Shown: positions 11,401-23,125, counted from the first letter of the stretch. The stretch is 64,000 nucleotides of DNA from Phyllobates terribilis (GCF_046119375.1 NW_027362769.1:126976001-127040000); one strand, 5' to 3'. Program-made: numbers and translations. Notes: generated from the sequence alone by a model not told the origin.

Positions 11401-14400
11401 TCCAAGTCACTAAGGAATGGATGACCCTTGATCTCAAATGCTCCTCCTGGAAAAATAAAAATAAAAGTGATGTGGATATTTTCAGAGATTTCTCCATATC
11501 TGACAAGTTTATCTTAATCTGAACACATGATATAACTGAGCCGACATGAAGGAAATAGACTGAAAGTCTTAGTATGGAGAACTAGAAATGGACAAGCTGA
11601 TAGAGAAGTGCTGGTCCTCATGGACATGAGTGATATGTCCTTGGTGTTATAAAGGAATATTAATACTATTATATATGTTACCTGTCCCAAGTCTATTCAC
11701 AGGATTTGTTCTTAGCAGCTCAGTGATGAGATTCTGAGCATCCGGGGGAGGAGCGGGATCACTATCCCAAATTATGTCTCCTGTTGTATAGAAAATAACA
11801 TGTTTTTAATGGACTGTACTATAAAGCAAAAGAAATAACTAAACCAATGTAACTAGTCAAAGTAAAGATCAAATAATTCTACTTACTAATGACAACATTT
11901 TTGTAAAGCCTATTAAGGGAATCCCCATCAAAAGGTACACATCCCACAAGAAATTCATATAGGATTATGCCCATTGACCACCAGTCAACAGGTCTTCCAT
12001 AGCCTTGCTTCAGGAGGACCTCTGGGGCTGTGTAATACAGGGTGCCACAGACCTGGAAACCAATAGAAAAAGGATGAGATTGATGAAACTATAATTATGA
12101 CAAGTTCTTGCCATAAAATCGGAATTTAAAGAAAATGAAATCAGAGGAAAAGTTCTCTAGAAATAAAGAACGTAGAGAGAAGACAATACAATGACATTTG
12201 TAAAGAACAAGCTGAGTTCTTGTAAGTGTTACCAACCTCTCGATCCTGGAACTCTCTGCTGATGTCCTGTGCTAATTCCTTATAGGTTTTGGTTTTTGGT
12301 ATCATTAGACCAAGCTTTGAAAGCCCAAAATCGGTGACTTTAATGTGTCCCGAAGATGTTATCAGGAGGCTGTGAAAGAGAAGATGGTTTTAGCCTCACA
12401 CACAATGTGATATTAAGTGATAACTTTACTCCCTTTATTATAATACAGGGGGCACTTACTTCTCCGGCTTCAGGTCTCTGTGCACCACACCGTAACTATG
12501 CAGGTATTCCAAAGCAAGAACCGCTTCTGCAAAGTACAAACGGGCCAAGGGGACAGATAAATGACCCCTGGTGCTTAGAAGGGTCCCACAGTCTCCACCT
12601 AAAGAAGAAAGAAAATATGACCGGTGAGGGGTTGATACAGCAGATCACCATGATGTATAATGAGAAGTGAGCGGAGACATTGGGGCAGGAGAGAATATAG
12701 AAAGATATAATGTATAGTGTCATAATATTAGTCTGAAGTCATGGTGAAATGTCCTCCATGTAACTAATAACATAAAGTGATGTGACGTCTACAGCTGGAG
12801 ATATGGACATACTCAGTGCGGACATACAGAGGAGATCACACAGATCAATGACTTTCCGGCCATCTTGGTATTAGATCACCTATAGTAAATGCTCTGTGGG
12901 GATGTAACCGTTCACATGGACAAGTCTTAATGATATGAGGTGATAAGAAGAAAGCAGACATGGGCTGAATATAATACAATGTAGGTGTCTTACCTCCTGC
13001 ATACTCCATGACCATACACAGGTGAGATCTAGTAGGGAATGAGCAGAGCATGGAGACCACGAAGGGACAATCTGCGAATGTTAAGATGTCCCTCTCCTGA
13101 AAGGCCCATTCCACTTTCTGTGGAGTATCCAGATTCTGCTTAGCCAATTTCTTCATAGCAAAGATCTGTTGGGAGTCTTTATGGCGCACTAAGTAGACGG
13201 CACTGGAGAGAAGGAGAATCCATGGGTTATAATAAATCCTTATTAACAGTCCGTCTATAGAAGTCATTATACGATCTTCTGTCCTAATGTTTAATACTTT
13301 AATACTAGAAGTCCGGCCGTCACTAGAAATCCACATCTAGAAATCCATGAAATATCACTATATAGATCACCTATGGGAGGTGGGCACAATGCCACGTCTG
13401 CCGGGACCCTCACCCCAGCCAATCAGTCTTATCAGCTTCATAATGGAGCCCCGAAAAAAGTGAAGAACGGCCAGAGGAGCGGAAAGCTCTGATGGAGGGG
13501 GCAGCATAAGGACAGATGAGGGTCTCGGACAGGCGAGGGTAATGTATTATTGTCATCTCTTTCCTTAACAGTTTGATTTGTTACAGATCAGTTTGGTCAT
13601 CTCTATATAAAAGACCTGCATAGTGACATTTAGATGTGGACAGTGATGTGGACTCATATCGTTTCCCTATGATAACACTGAATGGCCGAGCACAGAGGCA
13701 GAAGCATTGTCATAGGGAACCCTGAGAAATGTGGATTATGGTAGCAGAAATCTCACCCAAAAGCTCCACTGCTGATCAGTTTAGATGTCTCATAGTCGCT
13801 CATGTGCGGCTCTCCTGCCGGGACCAATGATTTGATCAAGTCCTAAAAAAGAATAAGAAATAACACTAAGATATAGAAGCTGCAGGAAAACATCTCAGGA
13901 CGTAAAATCTTCTCTCTCCTATATTATGTCCCGGCTGATTTACACTGATCCGATGTAGGTGACGATACAAGCAGGACGCTCCGCATGGATGTAATATAAA
14001 GGGGATCCTCTATACACCGGTATCATTGTATAGTGCTGGATAATACGCAAGATCACACAGGGGAGAACTTAAAAGGAATCTGTCAGCAGGTTTTTGCTAT
14101 GTAATCTAAGAGCTGCATGATGTAGCGGCAGAGACCCTCAGTCCAGAGATGTGTCACTTACTAGGCTGTGAGCTGTTGTTTCAATAAAATCAGTGTTTTA
14201 TCAGCAGAAGAATGTCACTAAAGGACTAGCTGTCTTATGCCATATAGTTCTATTGTTCTGTGCAACCCCGTCCCCACCACTGATTAGCAGGTTTGTGTCT
14301 ATGCACAGTTTACACAGAAAGCAGCCAATCAGTGGTGTGGGCGGAGTTATACAGAGGTCAGCATTCAGAGCACTGCTAGATCTGCTGCAGAGAAAACTGT

Positions 14401-16673
14401 GATTTTATCACAATTGTTGCAGCCAGTAGTAAGTAAGTAAGTGACACATTGCTGGAAACAGGGTCTCTGCCCCTACTACGTAATAATGCTCAAACATTGA
14501 GAAGCAAAATCCTGGTGACAGATTCCCTTTAATATAAAACCTAATTTGTAATTTGTAACACAGTAGTGTCATCTACCCTTAGGATAGAGATATCTCATGG
14601 TCATATGGGGGATAATGCTGGACGGGACATTTACACCCAGGGGCGTAACGATTGCGGTTGCAGAGGATGCCAATATAGTTGAAAACAATGATGGAAGAGG
14701 GAGCTATCAGCTGACGATCTCTCCGCCATCATACTCCCTCTGCGTCTGAGCTCTGACATCTCAGCGCAGCAGGTGCTATGTCGTCATTACATTGCGGGGG
14801 ACACACACGCTGAGGAGACCGGAGCAGCGGCGGTACAAAGAGCGGTGAGTATTTTTGTTTTCTTTTTTTGTAAATCAATGGGGACATTATACTGTTTGGA
14901 GAGCAGTGTGGGGGCCCTAAAAGAGTTTGCAGGGCTATATGGAGCCATTATAATATTTGCATGGATGGGAGTGGGCCATTATACTATTTGGAGATTTGGA
15001 GGGCAATGTTGGGGCCATTAAGCAGTTTGCATGCAAGACTATCTGGGGGCCATTATAGTATTTGGAGGGCTATGTGGGGGCCATTAGACTGTTTGGAGGG
15101 CTTGGTGGGAGTTAATATAATGTTTGGAGCTATGTGGGGGTTATTATACTGTTTGCAGGGCTATGTGGGGGCAATATTACAGTTTGGAGGGCTATGTGGG
15201 GGCCATGATAAAGTTTGCAGGGCTAGGTGTGGGCCATTATACTATTTGGTGAGCTATGTTGGGGCCATTATGCAGTTCACAGGATTATATGGGGGCCATT
15301 ATAGTATTCGGGGGGCTATATGGGGGCCATTAGACTATTTGGAGGGCTATGTGGGAGTTAATATACTATTTGGAGGGCTATATAGATAGGGTCATTACAC
15401 TCTTTGGGCGCTATGTGGGGCCATTATACTGTTTGCAGGGATATGTGGGGGCAATTATAGTGTTTGGAGGGCTATGTGGGAGTAAATATACTGTTTGGGC
15501 ACTATGTGGGAGCCAATACACTGTTTGGAGCTATGTGGGGGCAATTATACTGTTTGCAGGGCTATGTGGGGTGACTATACAGTTTGGAGAGCCAGTGTGG
15601 TTCATTATACAGTGTGGGGGCCATTTTACATTGTGGAGGGTTGTGTTGGGCTACCATACTGTGTATAGGATTGTGTAGGGGCCACCATACTGTGTGGAGG
15701 GGAGTAAGGGTCATAAAACTGTATGGAGGATTTTATACTGTATCGAGGGCTGTGTCGGGGCCATCATACTGTGTTGGGGTCACTGTGGGGGTATTATACT
15801 TTGCGGGATTCGGGGTAATGTAGGGTCATCAAACTATGCGTCTAGAGGCTGCTGTGAAAGATCTCACTGTGCGGGGTATAACACTGTGTTTGGAGGGCAC
15901 TTTTGTTGGCATCATACTTTATGGGGGCCATGAAAGTGGTATCTTAATGCATAGGAACACTAAGGGGCTTCAACTGGAGGAAAACCATTATGTAAAGGCT
16001 ACACCGTTGTGGGTTGTGCTCTTCTGTGACCCTTCGGATTATTCAGTTTTTTTAATTTTTGGGAGGCCAATTGGGATTTCTGCTATGGGGCCCCATGATT
16101 GCTATGCATGCCCCTGGATGGGTACTTACCGGGCATTCCAATGAGGGGGCCGTACATTCCAGTACAGACAGGACTTCTTGGGCCAGCTCTTTTATAAAAG
16201 CCAAATCTCCATTTTGAGATTTTTCTTCAGCCTATAAAGAAAAAAAGAAAAAGTAAAATCCTGAGTTTATGAGAAAGGGCACAATGGAGCCGGCCATTGT
16301 ATGTGACATCTGCTCCTGTGTCTGCAGATACAATGTCTACATATCTGGGGATTCATCATAATTTACACTGGAGGAAAGAAAAAGCTTCTCTCCCACCATT
16401 ATTATCTATTATTATAGAGAAGTTTTGTGCGGAGTGTCCGCCATTTACCTGGTGTAGTAATGTCCTGATGTTGTAATGTAAATCCGTCAGATAGTCTGAG
16501 GTAAGACGACGTTGTCGGTGTTTGGACAGGCAGTCCCTTACTAGCTCCACCATCAGCTGGTGAGTGAAGCTAAGGACGCCATCGGGTGGTAGAAGCTCAA
16601 TGTCAGGGCGATTATTGATAACAATCCCCCATAGGGCTTGTACCTGAAGATTGTCCAGAAGTAATTCAGCCAT
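8413..16673 (-). CDS. MAST-like Ser/Thr kinase (partial DUF1908 region + AGC kinase, no PDZ), 17 coding exons
   Basis: Exons (all splice sites GT-AG): 16449-16673 (5' boundary uncertain), 16130-16231, 13757-13842, 12994-13202, 12460-12598, 12237-12369, 11887-12052, 11682-11780, 11324-11446, 11061-11173, 10882-10973, 10401-10474, 10006-10118, 9819-9910, 9336-9409, 8736-8829, 8413-8510. Motifs [45 protein letters not shown] are intact. Phases are consistent except one +1 in exon 8736-8829. Confidence 0.88.
9140..11260. repeat. Tandem duplication, unit about 1.06 kb, carrying three exons per unit
   Basis: Exon offsets of 1055-1065 bp between paired exons; introns also align. Confidence 0.9.
11324..11780 (-). 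CDS. MAST-like exons 11682-11780 and 11324-11446 (subdomain XI and AGC C-terminal tail)
   Basis: [20 protein letters not shown] and [13 protein letters not shown]...[12 protein letters not shown]; AG/GT bounded and in phase. Confidence 0.88.
11887..12052 (-). CDS. MAST-like kinase exon, APE and subdomain IX
   Basis: [41 protein letters not shown]; 166 bp; AG/GT. Confidence 0.92.
12237..12369 (-). CDS. MAST-like kinase exon, DFG
   Basis: [22 protein letters not shown]; 133 bp; AG/GT. Confidence 0.92.
12460..12598 (-). CDS. MAST-like kinase exon, catalytic loop
   Basis: GDCGTLL...[27 protein letters not shown]; 139 bp; AG/GT. Confidence 0.92.
12994..13202 (-). CDS. MAST-like kinase exon, subdomains I-V
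   Basis: [18 protein letters not shown]...[20 protein letters not shown]...MVMEY; canonical splice sites. Confidence 0.92.
13757..13842 (-). CDS. MAST-like exon with glycine-rich loop ([16 protein letters not shown])
   Basis: AG/GT bounded, phase 0-2; joins the next exon to give GAVY as in MAST ISNGAYGAVY. Confidence 0.85.
14073..14528. mobile_element. T2/Kolobok-type MITE
   Basis: TTAA on both flanks (14069-72, 14529-32); TIRs AAGGAATCTGTCA / TGACAGATTCCCT. Confidence 0.8.
14638..16117. mobile_element. Non-autonomous DNA transposon-like element with internal ~30-bp G-rich tandem repeats
   Basis: Short inverted termini CCAGGGGC / GCCCCTGG; degenerate GGGGGCCATTATACTGTTTGGAGGGCTATGT array at about 14880-15900; no TSD found. 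Confidence 0.5.
16130..16231 (-). CDS. MAST-like exon ([21 protein letters not shown]...)
   Basis: 102 bp, AG/GT bounded, phase 0-0; matches the position and length of the MAST AHERSES...LLECL exon. Confidence 0.75.
16449..16673 (-). CDS. MAST-like exon: DUF1908-like region ([19 protein letters not shown]); probable first coding exon
   Basis: Resembles MAST DGVLSFIHHQIIELARDCL; GT donor at 16448-16447; ATG at 16673 in GCTATGG context. 5' boundary is uncertain (alternative acceptor gives start at 16643). Confidence 0.7.
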
Positions 16674-16679
16674 AGCTAG

Positions 16680-16820
16680 AAATTGCAAGTGCGATCAGTC
16701 ACTATGGAATAGCGAGAAACTGCAAGTGCGCTCAATCACTATGGAATAGCTAGAAACTGCAAGTGCGATCAGTCACTATGAAATAGCGAGAAACTGCAAG
16801 TGCGCTCAATCACTATGAAG
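16680..16820. repeat. 37-bp tandem repeat, about 4 copies
   Basis: GTGCG(A/C)TCA(G/A)TCACTATGGAATAGC(G/T)AGAAACTGCAA repeated directly upstream of the MAST-like start. Confidence 0.85.
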
Positions 16821-19008
16821 CCAACAAAGGCACCCGTGACACAGCGTACATTGTATAAGTAGGGACTGTGAGCCGTGATGTCATAATGGGTGACCATCAT
16901 CAGTGATGTCATCACGGAATCTTGTGATAGAATCTTAATGCTGAAAAAGCGACAATGTTGAACATACACTAATGATATACTCTGTCATATTATGGGGAAT
17001 ATTGTATATATTTAGTATCTCATGTATTTTTTTTTCACCATAGAACATTTAACTCACTGGTTGCATAGTTTACTATTAAAAACTATAGAAGAATTAATGA
17101 TATGTGACCTAAGTGATAAATCATTTACATCATTAATATTAATCGTTGTGTCTCTGGAAAGTTCCATCCTTTACCATGTGGGGTTTAGGTGGTGATCGTG
17201 CAGCTGCCGGAGCGGAGAGCTGCTGTCAGAGCCGGCCAGACTCCCTATAAAGATGGTTTATTACAGAGGACTGACAATCAAATCAGAAAAAGACGAAAAA
17301 TGCACGACACAAAGTGATATATTTATTATAATATACTAAACCCACGGCACAGATCAGCTCTGCAGCGGAGGCAGAAGCCTGAAAATGCTAATATCCAGCC
17401 CTAGTTACTGGGGAATTCAGCAATAAGAAACGCGTATTATAGTAGTGAAATGTCCCACTCTTATGTCTTTATGGTGAAATAAATGAAAGAGAAAGAAAAA
17501 GCAAGTTTGAAAAATGAAAGTCCCTTCCAGTACAAATTGCTGGTTCATAGCCCACCATATATCAACCTATATCAGTCCTATATATGTAATGCAATGATAT
17601 CATAAGTAAATGACAAATCTTCTGCACGTTCTCATTTAAAGCCATTTAGCTGATCTGGCCTTGAATATGTATAACACATCCATATAAAGATAAAATGTAG
17701 CATAAATGATTTATCATACGGGGTCCCATGACCCTTGTAAAGATGAAAAGCAGGAAGGACGGATTGGGAGAAATTGCAATAAATAAAAGATCCCTCTCCC
17801 AAACCGCGGGCAGCATGAATCAGAGTCCAGCTTCAAAATTGCTGCCAGGTATATTTTTCTCTGAAATTCTCCAGTGTTTATAGATGCGGCCGGGGACCAT
17901 AGCCAGAGACCAGACTAGTGCCACCTAGGTCCAGCTTTCTCCAGCGCTTCTGCAGGTGATTGACAGGTCTTTCCCTCGTGTGTACATAGGGAGAGACCTG
18001 TCCCTTATCTCTAGCAGTGCTGGGAAGAGTCTCATCTGTGGCTATGTTCCCCGGCCGAACCTCCAGACCATATTTGCCCTGAAATGCTGGAGAATTTCAG
18101 AGAATAGCAGACATGTTGAATTATGCAGCCAGGCTCTGATCCATGCTGCCTGCGGACTGGGCAAAATCAGAAGACAAGTTCCCATTAAGAAAGGGTCTGG
18201 TACCTGCATCGGTGTATTATAAGGGATAGAAATCTTACTGCTTTATGTAACAGATAAGAATCTCACAATTTGAAAGACATTTTGTGAGTCTACGTCAATG
18301 GCATTTTAGCATCATGGGTCATATTTACAACAATTGTACAGATTGGGGAGACGTTAGGTGCAATTGGTGCCCGACAAACCTTCCAAAGACACTTGACAGT
18401 AAGCCCTAGTGGAGGTGTAATCAGTCACACTCTTACAATTAGTGGATATGGAACTTAAAATCTTTATACAACTTTGCAGGATTCATTTTTATTGTTTATT
18501 TTCTTGCTAAATGCAATATAAAGCATTTTTTAAGACAGTTTTCATAATAAAACATTCTACTGTTTTGCTTCTGCAGACTGTTTGTAAATCTTTTACCTGG
18601 CTGAGTGATCTACAAAAATGATACAAATCCGTCAGAGACTGCTCATTCCTGACGGCTGTCTCTGCTGTCGTCTTCCGTTCTCTCCCTGGTGGGGATAGCA
18701 GCTTAGAATGGTTCGTACACATATCTCCACACATTTTGGGGAAGTGGCAAAGCATCTACCGTCTTAAGGAGGGCAGAGAAACAGGCGGTGGACAAAGAGG
18801 AAAACACTTGTATAAACAATAAGTTCAGGATAGAAGCTGTGCTGATATATTAGTGAAGGTCGCAGAAACCTAGATACACTGAGATCACATCCAACATGTA
18901 TTACTAGGAGAGTCATTAATACAAGAGAAAAATCTGAAACTACATGCCCCCATACACATTTCATGAAAATGAGCCAACAAACAATGATTCCTCAGATGTA
19001 CATATCTA

Positions 19009-19140
19009 TAGTGACATGTAAAAGTTTGAGCACCCCTGGTCAAAATTACTGTTACTGTGAACAGTTAAGCAAGCTGAAGATGAAATGATCTCTAAAAGGC
19101 ATAAAGTTAAAGATGACACATTTCCTTTGTATTTTAGGCA

Positions 19141-19202
<62 letters not shown>

Positions 19203-19297
19203 TTATTTATTTATTCATTCAACTTTTACATTTAAAAATTACAAAAATGAAAATGGTCCAATGCAAAAGTTTGGGCACCCTGCGTGGTTAGTACCTA
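19009..19297 (+). mobile_element. Tc1-like terminal fragment containing a (TA)n microsatellite
   Basis: Tc1-type end ...CATGTAAAAGTTTGAGCACCC with an internal direct repeat AAAAGTTTGGGCACCC at about 19265; (TA)n at about 19150-19200. Confidence 0.6.
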
Positions 19298-19785
19298 CAG
19301 TGGGGAGAATAAGTATTTGATTCACTGCCTATTTTACAAGTTTTCCTACCTACAAAGAATGGAGAGGTCTGTAATTTTTATCATAGGTACTCTTCAAATG
19401 TGAGAGACAGAATCTAAAAATAAAAAACATAAAATCACATTGCATGATTTTTAAATAATTAAATTGAATTTTATTGCATGAGATAAGTATTTGATCACCT
19501 TCCAACCAGCAAGAATTCTCGCTCTCCCATACCTGTTAGTTTTTCTTTAAGAAGCCCTCCTACTCTGCACTCATTACCTGAATTAATTGCACCTGTTTGA
19601 ACTTATTACCTGAATAAAAGACACCTGTTCACACACTCAATCAATCACACTCCAACCTCTCCACCATGGCCAAGACCAAAGAGATGTCTAAGGACACCAG
19701 GGACAAAATTGTAGACCTGCACAAAGCTGGGATGGGCTACAGGGCAATAGGCAAGCAGCTTGGTGAGAAGGCAACAACCAGAGGC
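19298..19785 (+). mobile_element. Tc1-like element 5' fragment with transposase N-terminus
   Basis: TA + CAGTGGGG...AAGTATTTGA terminus; ORF at 19666 [33 protein letters not shown] (paired-like HTH), then truncated. Confidence 0.8.
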
Positions 19786-22694
19786 GGACACACTGCTGGT
19801 GCAGTCGGTGCAGCTGCACCAGGGCCCAGAGGCAAGGGGGGCCCATGGATGTAGGGGCATACTGCTCATGACAGAAGACCATGCAACCGCTATGGGGCCT
19901 CTCAGTCAAGGGGCCCGATTTTGATTGACCCAATGTCACGCATAGTGTAGGAAAGACAAAGTGCAACACGAAGGGATGAGGGGAAGGGAGCCCAGACACT
20001 AAGGAAAGGGGAGATATCACCCTGTCTCCCCTACCATCCCTATATTGGTTCCTCACCAATCTCCGAACAGGAATCCTAAGTCCTGTCTTTCCCTAGAGCT
20101 TGGCCCTGGATAGGTAAGGGTGGGGATGAGCACTGGTCAGTCCCCACTAAACAACTAAAGACAAAAAGGAAAACAAACACAGGTGGAAGCAACTTAGCTT
20201 GAGCCGACTTCAGAGAGATTTAAGAAGTCGTCTGTAATGTCAAACAAAGTAACCTTCTGCAACCAGCTGCGGAACGACTGTCTGCTGCATCTGACACACC
20301 CGTGACACCCATCCACTCCCACCTGCCATACAGTGGTTTCAACATCCACTGTTAAAAAAAATGTCAATCTTTTAAGTACGAGTTTTACAGGATACCATTG
20401 TATGGAATAATGCAGCGTACTACAATATTCCATACTTTAATTTGTAGAATTCTACCAGATACAAGATGGTATCGATACCAGACATATAATGTAATATAAT
20501 ATAATATATACTTGGTTGGGCTCTGCCAGTTCCATCATTAATCACGTAACCACGAGGATGCACTTTGCACACTTGCTGTCATGTGCCAACTAGAGAGTCA
20601 GCCACGTCCTACAGTGTTCTAGTCACTGACACTAGCTGTCACTTGACTGCAAGTATGATTGTGCTGGAACCAGCAGAACCGAATCCTAACGGAGATATAC
20701 ACTGCTCAAAAAAATAAAGGGAACACTCAAATAACACATCCTAGATCTGAATGAATGAAATATTCTCATTGAATATTTTGTTATGTACAGAGTTGAATGT
20801 GCTGACAACAAAATCACACAAAAATCATCAATGGAAATCAAATTCATTAACCAATGGAGGCCTGGATTTGAAGTAACCCCCAAAATTAAAGTGGAAAAAC
20901 ACACTACAGGCTGATCCAACTTTGATGTAATGTCCTTAAAACAATTGAGGCTCAGTACCGTGTGTGGCCACCACGTGCCTGTATGACCTCCCTACAACGC
21001 CTGGGCATGCTCCTGATGAGGTTGCGGATGGTCTCCTGTGGGATCTCCTCCCAGACCTGGACTAAAGCATCCGCCAACTCCTGGACAGTCTGTGGTGCAA
21101 CATGACGTTGGTGGATGGAGCGAGACATGATGTCCCAGATGTGCTCAATCGGACTCAGGTCTGGGGAATGGGCGGGCCAGTGCATAGCTTCAATGCCTTC
21201 ATCTTGCAGGAGCTGCTGACACACTCCAGCCACATGAGGTCTGGCATTGTCCTGCATTAGGAGGAACCCAGGGCCAACCGCACCAGCATGTGGTCTCACA
21301 AGGGGTCTGAGGATCTCATCTTGGTACCTAATGGCAGTCAGGCTACCTCTGGCGAGCACATGGAGGGCTGTGCGGCCCTCCAAAGAAATGCCACCCAACA
21401 CCATTACTGACCCACTGCCAAATCGATCATACTGAAGAATGTTGCAGGCAGCAGATCGCTCTCCATGGCATCTCCAGACTCTGTCACGTCTGTCACATGT
21501 GCTCAGTGTGAACCTGCTTTCATCTGTGAAGAGCACAGGGCGCTAGTGGCAACTTTGCCAATCCTGGTGTTCTGTGGCAAATGCCAAACGTCCTGCACGG
21601 TGTTGGGCTGTGAGCACAACCCCCATCTGTGGACGTCGGGCCCTCATACCAACCTCATGGAGTTGGTTTCTAACCGTTTGTGCAGACACATGTGTGGCAC
21701 CCCAGGGGTCTGGTTTCCACAGTAACGGCAATGTTATGTCTGAGAGCAGGTGGGAGGTCTCTTGGTCAGGGATCCTATGCATGCCACACCTCCTGCCCAG
21801 TCCTGGGAGGGGAAGAACTTCCCCTATATAAACCTGGGGCTGAGGCAGGGTTAGTGAGAAGAGTAGAGAGAAGAAGAGAAGCAGTAATAGGAAAGGAAGA
21901 CCAGGAGCTCTGTGGGAATCGTGCTAAGAAGAGGTCAGGGGCTGGTAGCTGTAGAGCTCGCCCTGATCGAAGCTTTCTCACCGGACCCGGAGTCCGAGGC
22001 TGTGGGGACTAACTTTGCCCCAGCAGCAGAATCCGTCAGGCAGGGGATTTCCGGTCCTCTGGCCAAGAAACCCGAAGGCACGGTCACACGCGTGGGACCA
22101 TCACCGCCGTCTTGGAGCGGAAGCAAATAGAAGGCCCCGAGTCACCGGCCATACGGGTGAGCACCACACGGTACACTCAGGGACGTGAGCTACTTTTACC
22201 CGCCTCTAGCAAGGTAGCCAGAAGAGTACAGTTAGTTGGGAAGGCCTACAGCTCCGCCTGGCCAGGGGAAATCCCATCTGCTCAAGGACTGACCAGGCCC
22301 CATTCGCTAGCCAGTACTCCGGGAGGGTCTGTCTTTGTCACCAGTAAAGACCCTGAACTACACCGTACCGTCTCCGAGTGGTTCCTGCTACCCCCATCAT
22401 CCACGTCGGCTGCCCTGAGGCCATACCCCTCCCGTTGGGGGTTATACCATCTCCGCTGCACAACTGTGTCACCGGCCTCAGCGGTCTACCCTGCAGCGGC
22501 GGCTCCATAGCTGCATTCAACGGGTGGCGTAGTCGTCCAATATCTACTGCTACGTACACCGCCACTCAGTCTGACTCCCTGGGCACGGACCGGGTCACCG
22601 CCACAAGGACTACCACCCCTAATAGATCCGGCTCCGGGTAACCCCTGCGTGCGCAACGCTACATCAGAAAGCAGGCCCAGGGGCGCGTCAACTT

Positions 22695-22713
22695 TTGCCG
22701 TAGTCGGCAGGAT
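22695..22713 (+). promoter_or_regulatory. Primer-binding site (tRNA-Ser), one mismatch
   Basis: TGCCGTAGTCGGCAGGATT versus TGGCGTAGTCGGCAGGATT, the complement of the vertebrate tRNA-Ser(AGA/TGA) 3' end (recalled sequence). Confidence 0.8.
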
Positions 22714-23125
22714 TTCGTGCCCGCAACCACCGGGTACTGCGTGCCTGAAAAAGACTGTTCAAACTTACCAGTGGTGAAGATTCCCGCCATCCGGCGCCAT
22801 CTTCTACCTTCTTCCCGCCATCCGCGAAGTTTTCCCGCCATCCGGCGCCATCTTCTGCCTTCTTCCCGCCATCCGTGGAGTTTTCCTGCCGTTGGACGCC
22901 ATCTTGAGGACGCCGCGCGGGAAGAAGAGGGGCGTGGACTCCGAAAGCGCGCGAGAACTGAAGCCCCGCCTCACGTCCGGACGTTGCGTAAGGTCCTGGA
23001 AGGAGCCCAGCCGACGTCACAGGAGCGCGACGGAAGGTCCTCAACCCTGACGATCCACTGCGGAGCCGCGGCCTACGGAAGAGGATCATCGCAAGGTAGG
23101 CCACGGTCCACTAGGGGGGAGAAGG

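Noticed and set aside
13405-13480. Candidate G-loop exon of the kinase
   Set aside because: The in-phase translation lacks the motif; the true exon is 13757-13842.
14961-15933. G/Y/L-rich ORFs resembling keratin-associated or membrane proteins
   Set aside because: Derived from a degenerate 30-bp tandem repeat in a non-autonomous transposon within an intron.
20194-20360. Possible orphan exon (acceptor-like TTTTAACAG, Cys-containing ORF)
   Set aside because: No recognisable homology or donor site; cannot be supported without a search.
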